64,000 bases of DNA from Acidobacteriota bacterium. GTDB lineage: Bacteria; Acidobacteriota; UBA6911; RPQK01; JAJDTT01. This document shows positions 28,237 to 38,554 of this stretch, one piece after another. A model generated the notes under the pieces. The model searched no databases and was not told the DNA's origin. It saw only the letters and a program-made list of their open reading frames with translations. The DNA is taken from positions 2,016,001 to 2,080,000 of the forward strand of contig OZ253580.1 in NCBI GenBank assembly GCA_965263035.1, given 5' to 3'. Within the stretch, counting starts at the first letter, position 1; the number at the start of each line of letters is the position of its first letter. The translations under genes and the position numbers were made by a program.

Positions 28237-29694
28237 ATGATCCAAGGCGCCGGCGCCACCGCACTGCTGGTTCTTCTCTCGGGTGTCCCCTCCCTGGCGG
28301 AACCGGGGCCAACCGCATCTCCCCTGACCGTGGGCCGCCAGAGACAGCTCTTTCTCGACGACCGGGTGATCGAATCCACCAAGAATTTGACCCGGAGGCT
28401 CCATCATCCCCGGCGACATCCTGCCAATCCCATCCTGGAAGGAACACGGCCCTGGGAGAAGTGGCTGCTGGAGGTCAATGGGCGGGCGGTCCTCTACGAT
28501 CCGGCGGCCCGCCGGTTCAGGATGTGGTACGGCGCCCACCTGGTGGATGATTCCGCACCCACGGGCATCCGGTACAAGGTCTGTTACGCCTTCTCGGAGG
28601 ACGGAATCCGCTGGCGCCGGCCCCGGCTGGGCCAAGTGGAGTGGGAAGGGTCCCGCGAGAACAACATCCTGAGGTGGGGAGAGAACTGGATGCGCCGGCC
28701 CAACGTGATTCTGGACCCGGCGGATCCCGATCCCGATCGGCGCTTCAAGATGACCTACGTCGACGTGATGGACGGCCGCACCGCCATCGCCAAGGGATAC
28801 TCCAGGGACGGTCTCGAATGGCGGCTCAACGCCGACGGCAAACCCTGGTTCTACCGTTACCACAGCGCCAATCTGCTGGGTTGGGATCCGCGGATAGGAC
28901 GCTACGTGCTCTATCCCCGCATGCCCGGCGCCCAGAATTCCATCGGCCGCTCCACCAGCCCGGACTTCACGGCCTGGTCCGAACCCCGAACCGTGCTGGT
29001 CCCTGGGGCCGAGGAACCGAACCGTCATTTCAAGGGCTTGGCGGCTTTCCTCTACGAAGGCCTCTACCTGGGTTGGCTCTGGGTCTTCGAGCGGGGAGAG
29101 GCGGGGTGGGCGAGAGCGGACGCGGAGTTGGCCTTCAGCCGGGACGGCATCCGCTGGCGGCGTCTCTCGCCGGGAGCGTACTTTCTTGCTCGGGGGGAAC
29201 GCTCGTCCTGGGACAGCGAGATGGTCCTGCCGGTCGCGCCGGTGATCCACGGCGACAAGGTCTGGATCTACTACAGTGGTTGGAACCTTCCCTATTCCAT
29301 GGATGCCATGCTTCGGGCCCAGGACGGGTGGATCGAGGGTGGACGGAGAATGCAGCGGGCCATTGGCTTGGCCACTCTCCGGCGGGACGGATTCGTCTCC
29401 CTGGAAGCCGCAGCCGGGGGCGGATCCCTGACGACACGGCCCCTTGCCGTCCCAGCGGGAACGCTTCGGGTCAACGCCCAGGTCGAGGGCCAGTTGCGGG
29501 TCGAGGTCCTGGAAGCGGACGGACGGCCGATTCCCGCTTTTTCGAGGGCGGATTGTGACCCCATTCAAGGCGATGATGTCGACCGGCTGGTCCGGTGGAG
29601 AGGAAAGCCGAGTCTACAGACGCTGAGAGGCCGGTCCGTGCGGCTCCGCTTCCACCTTGCGGACGGCAGGCTCTACAGCTTCTGGTTGCAGTAG
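28237..29694 (+). CDS. Beta-propeller glycosidase-like protein, paralog 7
   Basis: RQLFLDD, FSEDGIRW, HSANL, LRRDGFVS; close paralog of 46140-47621. Confidence 0.78.
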   Translation: MIQGAGATALLVLLSGVPSLAEPGPTASPLTVGRQRQLFLDDRVIESTKNLTRRLHHPRRHPANPILEGTRPWEKWLLEVNGRAVLYDPAARRFRMWYGAHLVDDSAPTGIRYKVCYAFSEDGIRWRRPRLGQVEWEGSRENNILRWGENWMRRPNVILDPADPDPDRRFKMTYVDVMDGRTAIAKGYSRDGLEWRLNADGKPWFYRYHSANLLGWDPRIGRYVLYPRMPGAQNSIGRSTSPDFTAWSEPRTVLVPGAEEPNRHFKGLAAFLYEGLYLGWLWVFERGEAGWARADAELAFSRDGIRWRRLSPGAYFLARGERSSWDSEMVLPVAPVIHGDKVWIYYSGWNLPYSMDAMLRAQDGWIEGGRRMQRAIGLATLRRDGFVSLEAAAGGGSLTTRPLAVPAGTLRVNAQVEGQLRVEVLEADGRPIPAFSRADCDPIQGDDVDRLVRWRGKPSLQTLRGRSVRLRFHLADGRLYSFWLQ

Positions 29695-29797
29695 CCTCCG
29701 AACGAGACCGCAATGGCGGGTTCCGGGAGAACCGCCCCCATGCCTCTCGGCTTCGGAGTCGCATGGCGGCGGCCTTCTCCGCCGCGATCGGAGCCGT

Positions 29798-31021
29798 ATG
29801 GAGTCTCGCTGGCTGACTTTCGGGGTACGCCGGAGCTTGGGCCGCTCACTCGCCTTGCTGGTGGCGGCGGGAATCCTCCTGAAGCTCCTGGACCTGGCCT
29901 TCGTGGAATTGAACCGCCGCTCGGTCATCCTGCCCCATTTCGACGTGACGCTGATTCCGTACCACGATCCCAGGGTCACCAGGCGCCACCTCCTCCTGCT
30001 CGACTACGAGCGGGACCCCCGGATCATCTTCACCGGGGACTCCCGGACCAAGAACGGCGTGGTTCCGCAGGTCATGGCCCGGATCCTGGGAGTGGATCCG
30101 GAATCCTTCTTCAACTTCGGAACCGGTTCCCAGGTCGTGCGCTTCGCCCGAGAGGCCTTTCTGCCCCACCTGCTGGAGATGGGGGTGCGGCCCCGGCACC
30201 TGATTTTCTGCGTGAGCCCCGACTGGCCGCTGGCCAAGGAGGTCGGCCGCCGGCTGGTCGAAAGATACCGGATGTCCCTTGCCTACCGCATGTCGCATCC
30301 GGAGCCTGACGAAAAGGATCGGTTGGAGCGGACACTGGACCATTTTCTGGCTCGCAACCTGGCGTTTTTCCGCTATCGATCCGACTTGGTGCACCGCGAG
30401 ATCCTGCCCGACCTTCGTTGCTGGTTCCTGAACGACTGTCATCTTTCGGCGGTCCAGGCCACCCGGCCGCTGCGGTTCAAGGAGGTGGAGTTTCGCGACG
30501 GCTACGTCACTCCCTACGGTTGGAATCCGCAGGCCTGGGACGGCACGACCACCGGTCGGCACGGGGGACGGGTTCGTTTCGATTCCCAGACTCCGTTCGA
30601 TGCGGACAACCTGACCCGCCTCATCGATGAGGTCCGAGCCGCCGGCATCAACCCGATCCTGCTGCTGCTGCCGGTCCATGCCTCGTTCCGGGAGGTGCAC
30701 GGCGAGGCGATGAATCGGAACCTGTCCAGGCTGCGGGAGATCGCAAACCGGCTCGAGGTGGACCTTCTGGCGCCGGCGGGGGAATACTCCGACCCCGGTC
30801 TCTTCACCGACGGCCATCATCTCTCGTTGCGGGGAGCCGTCTATTTCAGCGCGGGACTCGCCCCGAATCTGCGGCCCTACTTGGAAAAGACGAGCGCGGC
30901 GAGGGCCCAGGCTCCGTCCCTGGCGGAAACCGGGGAGCTCACCACCGACGAGCTGGTCGATTGGATCTTCCGCCTGGACCCGGTGATTCGGGACCATTGG
31001 AGGGAAGAGGAGCCAGGGTGA
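29798..31021 (+). CDS. Membrane-anchored SGNH-superfamily protein (DltD/AlgJ-like esterase or acyltransferase)
   Basis: N-terminal TM; IIFTGDSR; FTDGHHL (DxxH). Confidence 0.65.
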   Translation: MESRWLTFGVRRSLGRSLALLVAAGILLKLLDLAFVELNRRSVILPHFDVTLIPYHDPRVTRRHLLLLDYERDPRIIFTGDSRTKNGVVPQVMARILGVDPESFFNFGTGSQVVRFAREAFLPHLLEMGVRPRHLIFCVSPDWPLAKEVGRRLVERYRMSLAYRMSHPEPDEKDRLERTLDHFLARNLAFFRYRSDLVHREILPDLRCWFLNDCHLSAVQATRPLRFKEVEFRDGYVTPYGWNPQAWDGTTTGRHGGRVRFDSQTPFDADNLTRLIDEVRAAGINPILLLLPVHASFREVHGEAMNRNLSRLREIANRLEVDLLAPAGEYSDPGLFTDGHHLSLRGAVYFSAGLAPNLRPYLEKTSAARAQAPSLAETGELTTDELVDWIFRLDPVIRDHWREEEPG

Positions 31022-31097
31022 CGCTCCTGACGCCTTCCGCATCCGTCCGGTGAGGAATCACGGACCAGGTGAAAGGGGGCCGCGAACCGGGTGGGGC

Positions 31098-32537
31098 TCA
31101 GGCTTCCTCCAGGATCGTGGCTGCCAGATAGACGTGCCTTCCCTCTTCCTGCCTTCGGTTGAAGTAGTAGGTCAGAAGGACCCGTCCGTCCGGCATCAGA
31201 GCACCCTGGGGGTAACCGAGATCGCGCATGAATCCATCGTCTCGCACCACCAGTTCCTCGGCCTCGTCGATGTGCCTGCATTCCGGATCCAGCAGGCGCG
31301 CCCGGACCCCGAAGGGCTCCTGCCGGTAGCCGTAGGCCAGGAGGATCCGCCCACTGGGCATTGCCATGGCCCAATAGGGGTAACCCCACAGTCGATGGCG
31401 GGCCGGTGGACTCCAGGTCTTTCCGCCGTCTGTCGAGGTCGCCGTCACCAGGCGTCCAGCCGGGTTCACGGGGCCGCCCCAATTCTCCCGCTGGCGTTCG
31501 GTGGCGCCGGCGTGAATTCGGATGAAGGCCACCAGCTTGCCCGAGAGCGTCTCCTGGACGAAGGTTTCGTTGTAGGCGATGGCGCCGTCGACCAGGGCGC
31601 CGGACGGCAGCTCCAATGGATCCGAGGGTCCCGCGATTTCTCCCACGAACGACCAGCTCTTGCCCAGGTCCGGCGATTCCATCAAGGCCGAGCGCCAGGG
31701 ATTGGGATAGGAGTACAGGGGAAGGACGAGCCGTCCGCTCCGGAGTTGGATGACGGGGCTCCGGAGGTTCGCGGGCGAAGGAGCCCCGGGCAACAGGGAG
31801 GGGACGCCGTCGATGGGAGAGACCCAGTAGCGCGGACTCCAGGTTCGGCCCCGATCCAGGGATCGCCTCACGCCGACGCCGGAGATCACGGCATAGGTTC
31901 CCAGTTTCTCGGCGCTGTAGGACAGGCGATAGCGTCCGGCACCGCCCGGGACCCTTTCCTGGGGCAGTGCCCGAACCCGCTCATAGGCGGCCCTGGTGAC
32001 GGGCTCCATGACCGAAGTGCAGTAGAGGACGGAGCCGTCCGCGAGCAGGGTCAGATTGACGTTGTGAACTCCGCCGTAGTCGACCGGGACCGGAGTTCCC
32101 CAGGTCTTTCCTCCATCACGGGAACTGACGACGAAGTTCTCCGTTTCGATGTGTGTGTGCTTGCGGGCGGCGGCGGGATGCCTCCGGAAGGCCAGCAGGA
32201 TCTCACCGTCCGGGAAGATGACGGGAGAGGGGCCGGGACCATAGTAATAGTGCGGGTTTTTCCGAATGTCGAATTCCCGCACCTTCTTCAGTCGCCCGGG
32301 GCCGGCTGGCGCACTTCCCAGCGCAGTCGCGGGAAGTGCGCCAGCGGGCGCCCAAGCGAGGGCGGCGGCGCCGAGTCGCGACGCGTCTCTCAAGAAAGTT
32401 CGTCTGTCGGGCAGTGACGATCCCGACGCCGACGAGCGTGCCGATGTGCTCCCAAGGGCGGGACCGCTCGAAGACTCGATCGATGGACCCGACGGGCCGG
32501 AGGCTTCAATCGATGGCGAAGCAGTAGTACAGCCCAT
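31098..32537 (-). CDS. Tat-exported Asp-box (BNR) sialidase-family protein (start uncertain)
   Basis: DRRTFL Tat motif; Asp-boxes SRDGGKTW, SLDRGRTW, SPDLGKSW, STDGGKTW; DLGYP. Confidence 0.8.
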   Translation of the reverse strand: MGCTTASPSIEASGPSGPSIESSSGPALGSTSARSSASGSSLPDRRTFLRDASRLGAAALAWAPAGALPATALGSAPAGPGRLKKVREFDIRKNPHYYYGPGPSPVIFPDGEILLAFRRHPAAARKHTHIETENFVVSSRDGGKTWGTPVPVDYGGVHNVNLTLLADGSVLYCTSVMEPVTRAAYERVRALPQERVPGGAGRYRLSYSAEKLGTYAVISGVGVRRSLDRGRTWSPRYWVSPIDGVPSLLPGAPSPANLRSPVIQLRSGRLVLPLYSYPNPWRSALMESPDLGKSWSFVGEIAGPSDPLELPSGALVDGAIAYNETFVQETLSGKLVAFIRIHAGATERQRENWGGPVNPAGRLVTATSTDGGKTWSPPARHRLWGYPYWAMAMPSGRILLAYGYRQEPFGVRARLLDPECRHIDEAEELVVRDDGFMRDLGYPQGALMPDGRVLLTYYFNRRQEEGRHVYLAATILEEA

Positions 32538-33165
32538 CGCCTCCGGTACCCTGCAAGTTCTCCTGGCTGCAGCCCCGAGAGCCATGCGCCGAGTTCCACG
32601 AGGTGGGATTCTTGCCCCCACCGGTGCGGTCGTGGTGGCCGACCTGGGCGCTGCCTTCGCCGTGACTCGTCCAGTTTCCGCAGGTGGTGTCGTCGCTGCC
32701 CGTGAAGGCCGTGCCGTCCAACTGCGAGCCGGTCAGGACATCGTGCCGGTTGGGACTGTCTCCCCGTCCGTTGACCATCCTTCCGTACTCGTTCAACTGC
32801 GTCTCCTTGGTCAGATTGTTTTTGTCCGAATGGAGATCGTCGACGTCGCTGGCGATCTGGACGCCCTTGGCATTGAACCAGGGCCCGCTGCCGATCCGGT
32901 CGCGGGCATTGACGGCGGCCTGCCCACCCGAGGCGGTCGCGCTCAGATACGCGCGCCAGGTGCGGCTGCCGGCCCCCACGGCTCGAGCCAGCATCTGGCA
33001 GCGGCCGTCGGCTCCGGCCAACCCTCCCAGATCGGCTCCGTTCCCGGGACCCGAGCTGACGATGAAGAAGCTCATCTTGGGATCCGCATTCTGAGCCGAC
33101 ACCGGGAGCGCAGCGAGTGCACCCACAAAGATCGCAACAATGAGAAGGGGGACTGTCTTATTCAT
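32506..33165 (-). CDS. Secreted endostatin-like (C-type lectin fold) protein
   Basis: GADLGGLAGADGRCQ, WRAYLS, ARDRIGSGPW, LYYCFA; RBS AGGAG. Confidence 0.75.
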   Translation of the reverse strand: MNKTVPLLIVAIFVGALAALPVSAQNADPKMSFFIVSSGPGNGADLGGLAGADGRCQMLARAVGAGSRTWRAYLSATASGGQAAVNARDRIGSGPWFNAKGVQIASDVDDLHSDKNNLTKETQLNEYGRMVNGRGDSPNRHDVLTGSQLDGTAFTGSDDTTCGNWTSHGEGSAQVGHHDRTGGGKNPTSWNSAHGSRGCSQENLQGTGGDGLYYCFAID

Positions 33166-33374
33166 CTCTATTCTCCTGCGATTTGGGACTTGGAAGCTTC
33201 GTGGAATGGTATCACTTTGCCCTTTCGAACGGAGCAAATGGGGGAACGCCGTGCGGAGCTTCAGGAGTTCCCCCAAAAAATCAAATCAAATCTCCGCAAG
33301 TGGTTGAAAGCACGAGAGTCAGAAGATTCGACAAGTGGAATCAGTCGAATTTACCAAAAATGGGAGAAGCCCTC

Positions 33375-33457
33375 GTAGGGGCGACCCTTGTGTGGTCGCC
33401 CTCCCCGGGCCGAGCAGTGGGGGGGCGACAGCGGGCACCCACAAGGGGTGCCCCTAC
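33375..33457. repeat. GTAG-family REP doublet (REPIN-like)
   Basis: GTAGGGGCGACCCTTGTGTGGTCGCCCT ... GGGCACCCACAAGGGGTGCCCCTAC, inverted, each with a GTAG foot. Confidence 0.8.
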
Positions 33458-33602
33458 GTCGCGATCCTCGTTCAACCCTGCTTCCCCTGTCTCCCGAACT
33501 CCCAGAAAAATGGAGAAAGTCCTGGCGGAGCTTCGGTTGAAGTGATCCGGGAAGAGAGGTTAATCTCCTTCGCACCGTTTCCGAAACAGAGGAGGAAAGA
33601 CG

Positions 33603-34763
33603 ATGAGGAATCAGCGAGTGGATCTGGTCGCAGTTCTGGTATTGGCCCTTGGGTGGATGTTCGCGCCAGTGCCCCAACATCTGGCGGCACAGCAGGAGTC
33701 CGGACAGTACGAACACATCGACGGCGCCGTGATCTACGATCATGACCCGTCCACCAAGCTGGGCGATGACGTCTTCGGCAACGTCATCGCGGATTTCGAG
33801 AACGATGTGCCCGGGCGTTGTTCCCACGGAGGGCCGGTCTGCCTGGAATACCCCAACGGCAACGTCGTCGCGTTCTATGCCAACACCAGCGACCACAACC
33901 TGGACGGTTGGAGCGAATATGCCGTCAGCGGGGACCGGGGCAAGACCTGGAACCGCTACAACCGGGTCCCCTACTCCTTCGACGCCTACATCAGAAATCA
34001 GAAATTCCCGGTCTGGGTCGAGGAGGGTCTGGTCACGGAACGGGGGACCATCGTCCTGTTCCTCACCCACTTTGAGATCGGGAGCGAAGCATCCCGGATC
34101 CGGCTGGGCACCATCCGGAGCTACGACAACGGCGGCACCTGGACCGATTACGAAACCCTGGATGGGAATTTCGTCGGTTATCCCTGCTCCACGGCCGTGT
34201 CGGGCGAAACCAACTACGTCATGGTCGACAGCAGTGCGGGTCCCCATGTCCTTTACGTCAGCACGGATGACGGACGGACCTTCAGCAAGAGAAGCACGAT
34301 GTCGCTGGACGACGACAAATGGTACGGAACCATGACCATCATGGCGGACGGCCGACTGCTTGCCGGCGCCTATACCCATCACGACGAGGATCACTTCTAC
34401 TACTGCATCAGCAAAGACCAGGGACGCAGTTGGGGACCTCAGCAGAAAGCCTTCGTGGACAAGATGATTCGCGACCCCGAGCTCGCCTATCTCGGCGGCA
34501 AGTACTACCTGCATGGAAGGTCGGGGCATAACGGAGAGGGGAGCCGCCGGTTCGTGCTCTACCAGTCGGACGACGGCGTCAACTGGGGGAACGGCATCAT
34601 CGTCAGCGGAGATAAGGAACACCCCGACGGCTACAGCCAGAACTGCGTCATCAACACCTACGACGATTCGGTCGCGGACGAGCTGATGGTGGTCTACAGC
34701 ATCGTCTACAAGGGCCGCGACACCAACGAATACGTGTTCTTCATCCGCCCGGACGGAAAATGA
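33603..34763 (+). CDS. Secreted Asp-box sialidase-family protein
   Basis: Signal peptide; SGDRGKTW, SYDNGGTW, STDDGRTF, SKDQGRSW, SDDGVNW; DGYS. Confidence 0.8.
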   Translation: MRNQRVDLVAVLVLALGWMFAPVPQHLAAQQESGQYEHIDGAVIYDHDPSTKLGDDVFGNVIADFENDVPGRCSHGGPVCLEYPNGNVVAFYANTSDHNLDGWSEYAVSGDRGKTWNRYNRVPYSFDAYIRNQKFPVWVEEGLVTERGTIVLFLTHFEIGSEASRIRLGTIRSYDNGGTWTDYETLDGNFVGYPCSTAVSGETNYVMVDSSAGPHVLYVSTDDGRTFSKRSTMSLDDDKWYGTMTIMADGRLLAGAYTHHDEDHFYYCISKDQGRSWGPQQKAFVDKMIRDPELAYLGGKYYLHGRSGHNGEGSRRFVLYQSDDGVNWGNGIIVSGDKEHPDGYSQNCVINTYDDSVADELMVVYSIVYKGRDTNEYVFFIRPDGK

Positions 34764-35134
34764 AGCCGGCGCGGGTCCCTTCCGGAGGAGCTTCGCCGCG
34801 ACCTCGCGCTTCCGGTTGCTCCGGGTTTTCCGGCGGCCTCTTCCCGTAGCGCTTCGATTCGCTCCGAGTCGGGAAGTGCCCCCTTTTGGAGGTTGTTGTT
34901 CACCCTGAAACGGAAGCCATTGGAGAATAGTTTCTGAGGCTCACGAAATGGGTCCCCGCGGCGGCGCTGTTCCTGACCTGTGTCGCTGGGCACGCGGGAG
35001 AGTTCACCCGTGGCAACCCGTGGCAAAAGTCCTCACGGCATTCAACGGTCCGTGTTCCCAGGACGCCTCTGGCCCCTACCGGCACGGTACCGGGGACCAT
35101 TGGCAGCGTCGAGAAACACAGCCGGCGGGTCGAA

Positions 35135-36439
35135 ATGGTGGTGGCGCCCGCGGGCACACCGGACAACATCCTGATCATCACAGTTGACAACCTCGGCTAT
35201 GGCGACCTGAGAAGCTACAACCCGGACTCCCCCATGATCACCCCCAGCCTCGACAGGCTGGCCTCCCAGGGTGTCCGGCTGACCAGCTTCTACACGGCTT
35301 CCCCCACCTGCACCGTTTCCCGCGCCTCGCTCCTGACCGGACGGGTCCCCCAGCGTCATGGCCTGACCGAGCAGTTGGCCGGCGTCGCCGGAAATTACGG
35401 CGTCGGATTGAGCCAGAACGAAATCATGATTCCGCAGCTCCTGACGCGGGCGCCGATTCCCTACGCCACCGGTTGCTTCGGCAAGTGGAACATCGGATTC
35501 GCCCCCGGCTCGCGACCCACCGAACGCGGATTCGACGAATTCATCGGCCATGCCTCCGGGAACATCGATTACTACCGCCACAACTACCGTCAAATGCACG
35601 ACCTCTACGAGGCCACCCGCAAGCTCGACGGCGAGGGGCGCTACGCCACCGACCTGTTCGGAGACGCGGCGATCGACTTCATTCGGAGGAAGTCCAAAGC
35701 CTCGCAGCCCTGGTTCTGCTACCTGGCGTTCAACGCGCCCCATTTCCCGGTGGCGGGAAACAAGCGCCCGGGACAAGCCAATGCCTGGCAGGCGCCGGAC
35801 TGGGCCTTCGAGGCGTGCGGATCGAGTCCGGAGGATCCCGACCCGGCCACCCGGTATGGTGCCGTGGTGTTCGCCCTCGACCACGCCATCGGGCGCGTCC
35901 TGGAGGCGCTGGAGGAGACGGGTACGGCGAACCGCACCTTCGTGTTCTTCATGTCGGACAACGGTGCTTTCCGGCTCGGGCGCCAGGGACTCGACGTGGG
36001 CGTCAACACCCCTTTGCGCCAGGGCGGCGTGACCTGCTGGGAAGGCGGCCTGCGGGTGGCGGCGATGGCTCGCTGGCCGGGCCGGATCGAGGCGGGCGCC
36101 GTCGTCTCGGAGCCGCTCTGGTCGCCCGACCTGCTGACGGCCTGCGCCAGGATCGCAGGAGCCGCCCTGCCGGGAGAGGTCCGATTGGACGGCAGGGATC
36201 CCCTTCCGGTCCTCACCGAGGGGGCACCATCGCCACACGAGTCATTCTATTTCGAGTACCGGAGCCACGCCGCCCTGCGCCAAGGGGATTGGAAAATCGT
36301 GCGCGAGCGACCGGAACAGCCCTGGCAGCTTTTCGATCTGGCCGGAGACCTGCCCGAATCCAACGACCTGGCGGAGCGGTACCCCGGCCGAGTCGCCGAG
36401 CTCGAGGCCGAAATCCAGCGCTGGAAAAATTCTTTCTGA
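35135..36439 (+). CDS. FGly-type (S1) sulfatase
   Basis: NILIITVDNLGYGDL, CTVSRASLLTG, GKW, FNAPH, SDNG, WEGGLRV. Confidence 0.9.
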   Translation: MVVAPAGTPDNILIITVDNLGYGDLRSYNPDSPMITPSLDRLASQGVRLTSFYTASPTCTVSRASLLTGRVPQRHGLTEQLAGVAGNYGVGLSQNEIMIPQLLTRAPIPYATGCFGKWNIGFAPGSRPTERGFDEFIGHASGNIDYYRHNYRQMHDLYEATRKLDGEGRYATDLFGDAAIDFIRRKSKASQPWFCYLAFNAPHFPVAGNKRPGQANAWQAPDWAFEACGSSPEDPDPATRYGAVVFALDHAIGRVLEALEETGTANRTFVFFMSDNGAFRLGRQGLDVGVNTPLRQGGVTCWEGGLRVAAMARWPGRIEAGAVVSEPLWSPDLLTACARIAGAALPGEVRLDGRDPLPVLTEGAPSPHESFYFEYRSHAALRQGDWKIVRERPEQPWQLFDLAGDLPESNDLAERYPGRVAELEAEIQRWKNSF

Positions 36440-36550
36440 CGCCGGTTCAAGGGTCACCCGGGACCTCGTCCGGAAACCTCATGGACGAAGCGGGCGAACC
36501 CGGCGCTTCCGCTTGCGGGCTTCCGTCTCCGGCAGGATCGTCTGCTCGCC

Positions 36551-36579
36551 TTGTCCGGTCCCAGGAGCGGCCATACAAT
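36551..36579 (+). promoter_or_regulatory. sigma70-type promoter followed by a leader hairpin
   Basis: TTGTCC-N17-TACAAT; hairpin AATGCATG...CATGCATT at about 36587-36620. Confidence 0.55.
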
Positions 36580-36706
36580 CAAGAGCAATGCATGAGGCCG
36601 CCCGCCGGCCGCATGCATTCGCTCCCACGGCCGGGATGCTGAAGGCGTTTCAACTCGGAGCCCGGATCAGGGCCGAACCTCATCCTCACGATTGGAGGTA
36701 CGAGTC

Positions 36707-38305
36707 ATGAGTCCCAAACGGAGTCGTCCTGCGTGGTTTGCGGTCCTCTCGACCCTGGTCCTGGCCCCAGTGCTGTTGGGTCAGGCCGGACCCGTTCCTC
36801 AGGAGCCGGTCGAGATCGGAACCACCCCCCAGTTCTTCATCGACGACTACATCGTCGACAATCGATGGGCCCTGAATTACCGGCGCGAGTCGCCCGAGAT
36901 GGTCCTGCGGGTCTTCCACCCCATGCAGAAGCATCCGGAAAATCCCCTGATCGATATGGGCAAGGACGGCCCCAGTTGGCCCTCGATTCTGAGAGATCCG
37001 GACACCGGCCGGTTCCGCCTCTGGTATCAGGCCAACCTCCTGGTCGACAACCCCAAGCCCGGCGCCGGCGGCGTCTACCGGGTGGGGATCGCGTACGGAG
37101 AATCGGACGACGGCATCCACTGGCGCCTTCCGAACCTGGGCATTCTGCGCGGCCCCCACCCGGGGTCGGTGAAGAGGGACGTCTGGAAGGGGAGCAAGGA
37201 GAACAACTTCGTGTGGCGGGGCGTCTCCCGGCGCCGGGGCACCGGGGCCTACGTCCCGGACGCCACCCAGATTCCGCCGGAGGCCCGCCGGGGGTACAAG
37301 TACGTCATGTTCAATCTGGATCTCGACGGGGGGCACCTGGTGGGCTCCCACGACGGCATCCACTGGGACCCCTCCAGCGACGTCCGGCTGTTCACCATGC
37401 ACAGCGACTTTCCCAACTCCGTCATCTACGATCCCGACCGGAAGGAATTCGTCCTCTACTGCCGTGCCAAGCACATCTACCGTGCCGGACAGAAAGGGGG
37501 CGTTCTCAACACCGGAGCCTCTCGCCGCATCGCCCGCATGGCCAGCAAGGAACTTTGGACCGAGTGGAGGTCCGAGCCCCAGACCATCCTGATCCCCGAC
37601 GAGCTGGACAATCGCGAAGGCTTCAACTTCTTCTACAACATGACCGCCTACCGTCACGCCGGTATCTACTGGGCCTTTCTGGGTCCCTTCAAGTGGAACA
37701 CCGAAATCCGGTCGGAGCTGGCCTTCAGCCGCGACAGCATCCACTTTCAGCGCCTTTCCAGCCGTCCCCAGGTCCTTCCGTTGGGAACGGAGGGGAGCTG
37801 GGACAGCGACATGATCTTCCCTGCCTACCAGTGGGTCGAGGTGGGCGAGGAGTGGTGGATGTACTACTCCGGTTGGAACGGGCCCCATGGGGTGCGGGAG
37901 AACCTGGAGAAGGGAGTCTGGCGCACCGGCGGCATCGGCCTGGCCACCATACGCAAGGAGGGCTTCATCTCCATGCGGGGACCTGAAAACGGCGGTGTGA
38001 TCGCGACGAGGAAGATCCGTTGGCCCGGCGGCCGGCTCTTCATCAACGCCGACGCTCAAGGAGGCGAGTTGAAGGTCCGCGTCAGCGACTCCAGGCGCAA
38101 ACCGTACCCCGGGCTGGACTACCGGGACTGTGCTCTCTTCAACGGGAACGAGGTCTCCCACGAGGTGAGCTGGGAGCACCGTTCCATCGAGTCGCTCACC
38201 AACCAGATCGTCCGGCTCGAGTTCCTCCTCACCAGGGCAGACCTCTATACCTTCCGGTCCGGCGGCGGGTCCACGGGAGGCAGTCCCGCCTCCAGCCAGG
38301 ATTGA
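36707..38305 (+). CDS. Beta-propeller glycosidase-like protein, paralog 8
   Basis: QFFIDD, ESDDGIHW, SDFPN, IRKEGFIS; RBS GGAGG. Confidence 0.75.
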   Translation: MSPKRSRPAWFAVLSTLVLAPVLLGQAGPVPQEPVEIGTTPQFFIDDYIVDNRWALNYRRESPEMVLRVFHPMQKHPENPLIDMGKDGPSWPSILRDPDTGRFRLWYQANLLVDNPKPGAGGVYRVGIAYGESDDGIHWRLPNLGILRGPHPGSVKRDVWKGSKENNFVWRGVSRRRGTGAYVPDATQIPPEARRGYKYVMFNLDLDGGHLVGSHDGIHWDPSSDVRLFTMHSDFPNSVIYDPDRKEFVLYCRAKHIYRAGQKGGVLNTGASRRIARMASKELWTEWRSEPQTILIPDELDNREGFNFFYNMTAYRHAGIYWAFLGPFKWNTEIRSELAFSRDSIHFQRLSSRPQVLPLGTEGSWDSDMIFPAYQWVEVGEEWWMYYSGWNGPHGVRENLEKGVWRTGGIGLATIRKEGFISMRGPENGGVIATRKIRWPGGRLFINADAQGGELKVRVSDSRRKPYPGLDYRDCALFNGNEVSHEVSWEHRSIESLTNQIVRLEFLLTRADLYTFRSGGGSTGGSPASSQD

Positions 38306-38409
38306 GGGGACGAGGCACCCTCTTAACGCCGTCCTGGGATCCCGAGTATGGGCGCCACGACGATCTCGTCATTGTGGACAACCCGCAAGGAAAACAAATT
38401 CTCCCAATT

Positions 38410-38438
38410 TTGACAACGACTAGCTTCTATGCTACCAA
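38410..38438 (+). promoter_or_regulatory. Promoter for TBDR2
   Basis: TTGACA-N17-TACCAA with a TGn extension. Confidence 0.55.
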
Positions 38439-38554
38439 GGTCGCAAGAAACCAGCCTTTCGGAATGTTCTTCTGAGGCTTGTCGATTTGTTTTTCTCTTC
38501 TATGTTCAGACCAGCGCTTCACCGCTCGGTCCGGTTCCGCTCCCGGAGGTGTCT

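Noticed and set aside
35006-35027. ACCCGTGGCA tandem duplication upstream of the sulfatase
   Set aside because: Only two copies, and no second occurrence noticed
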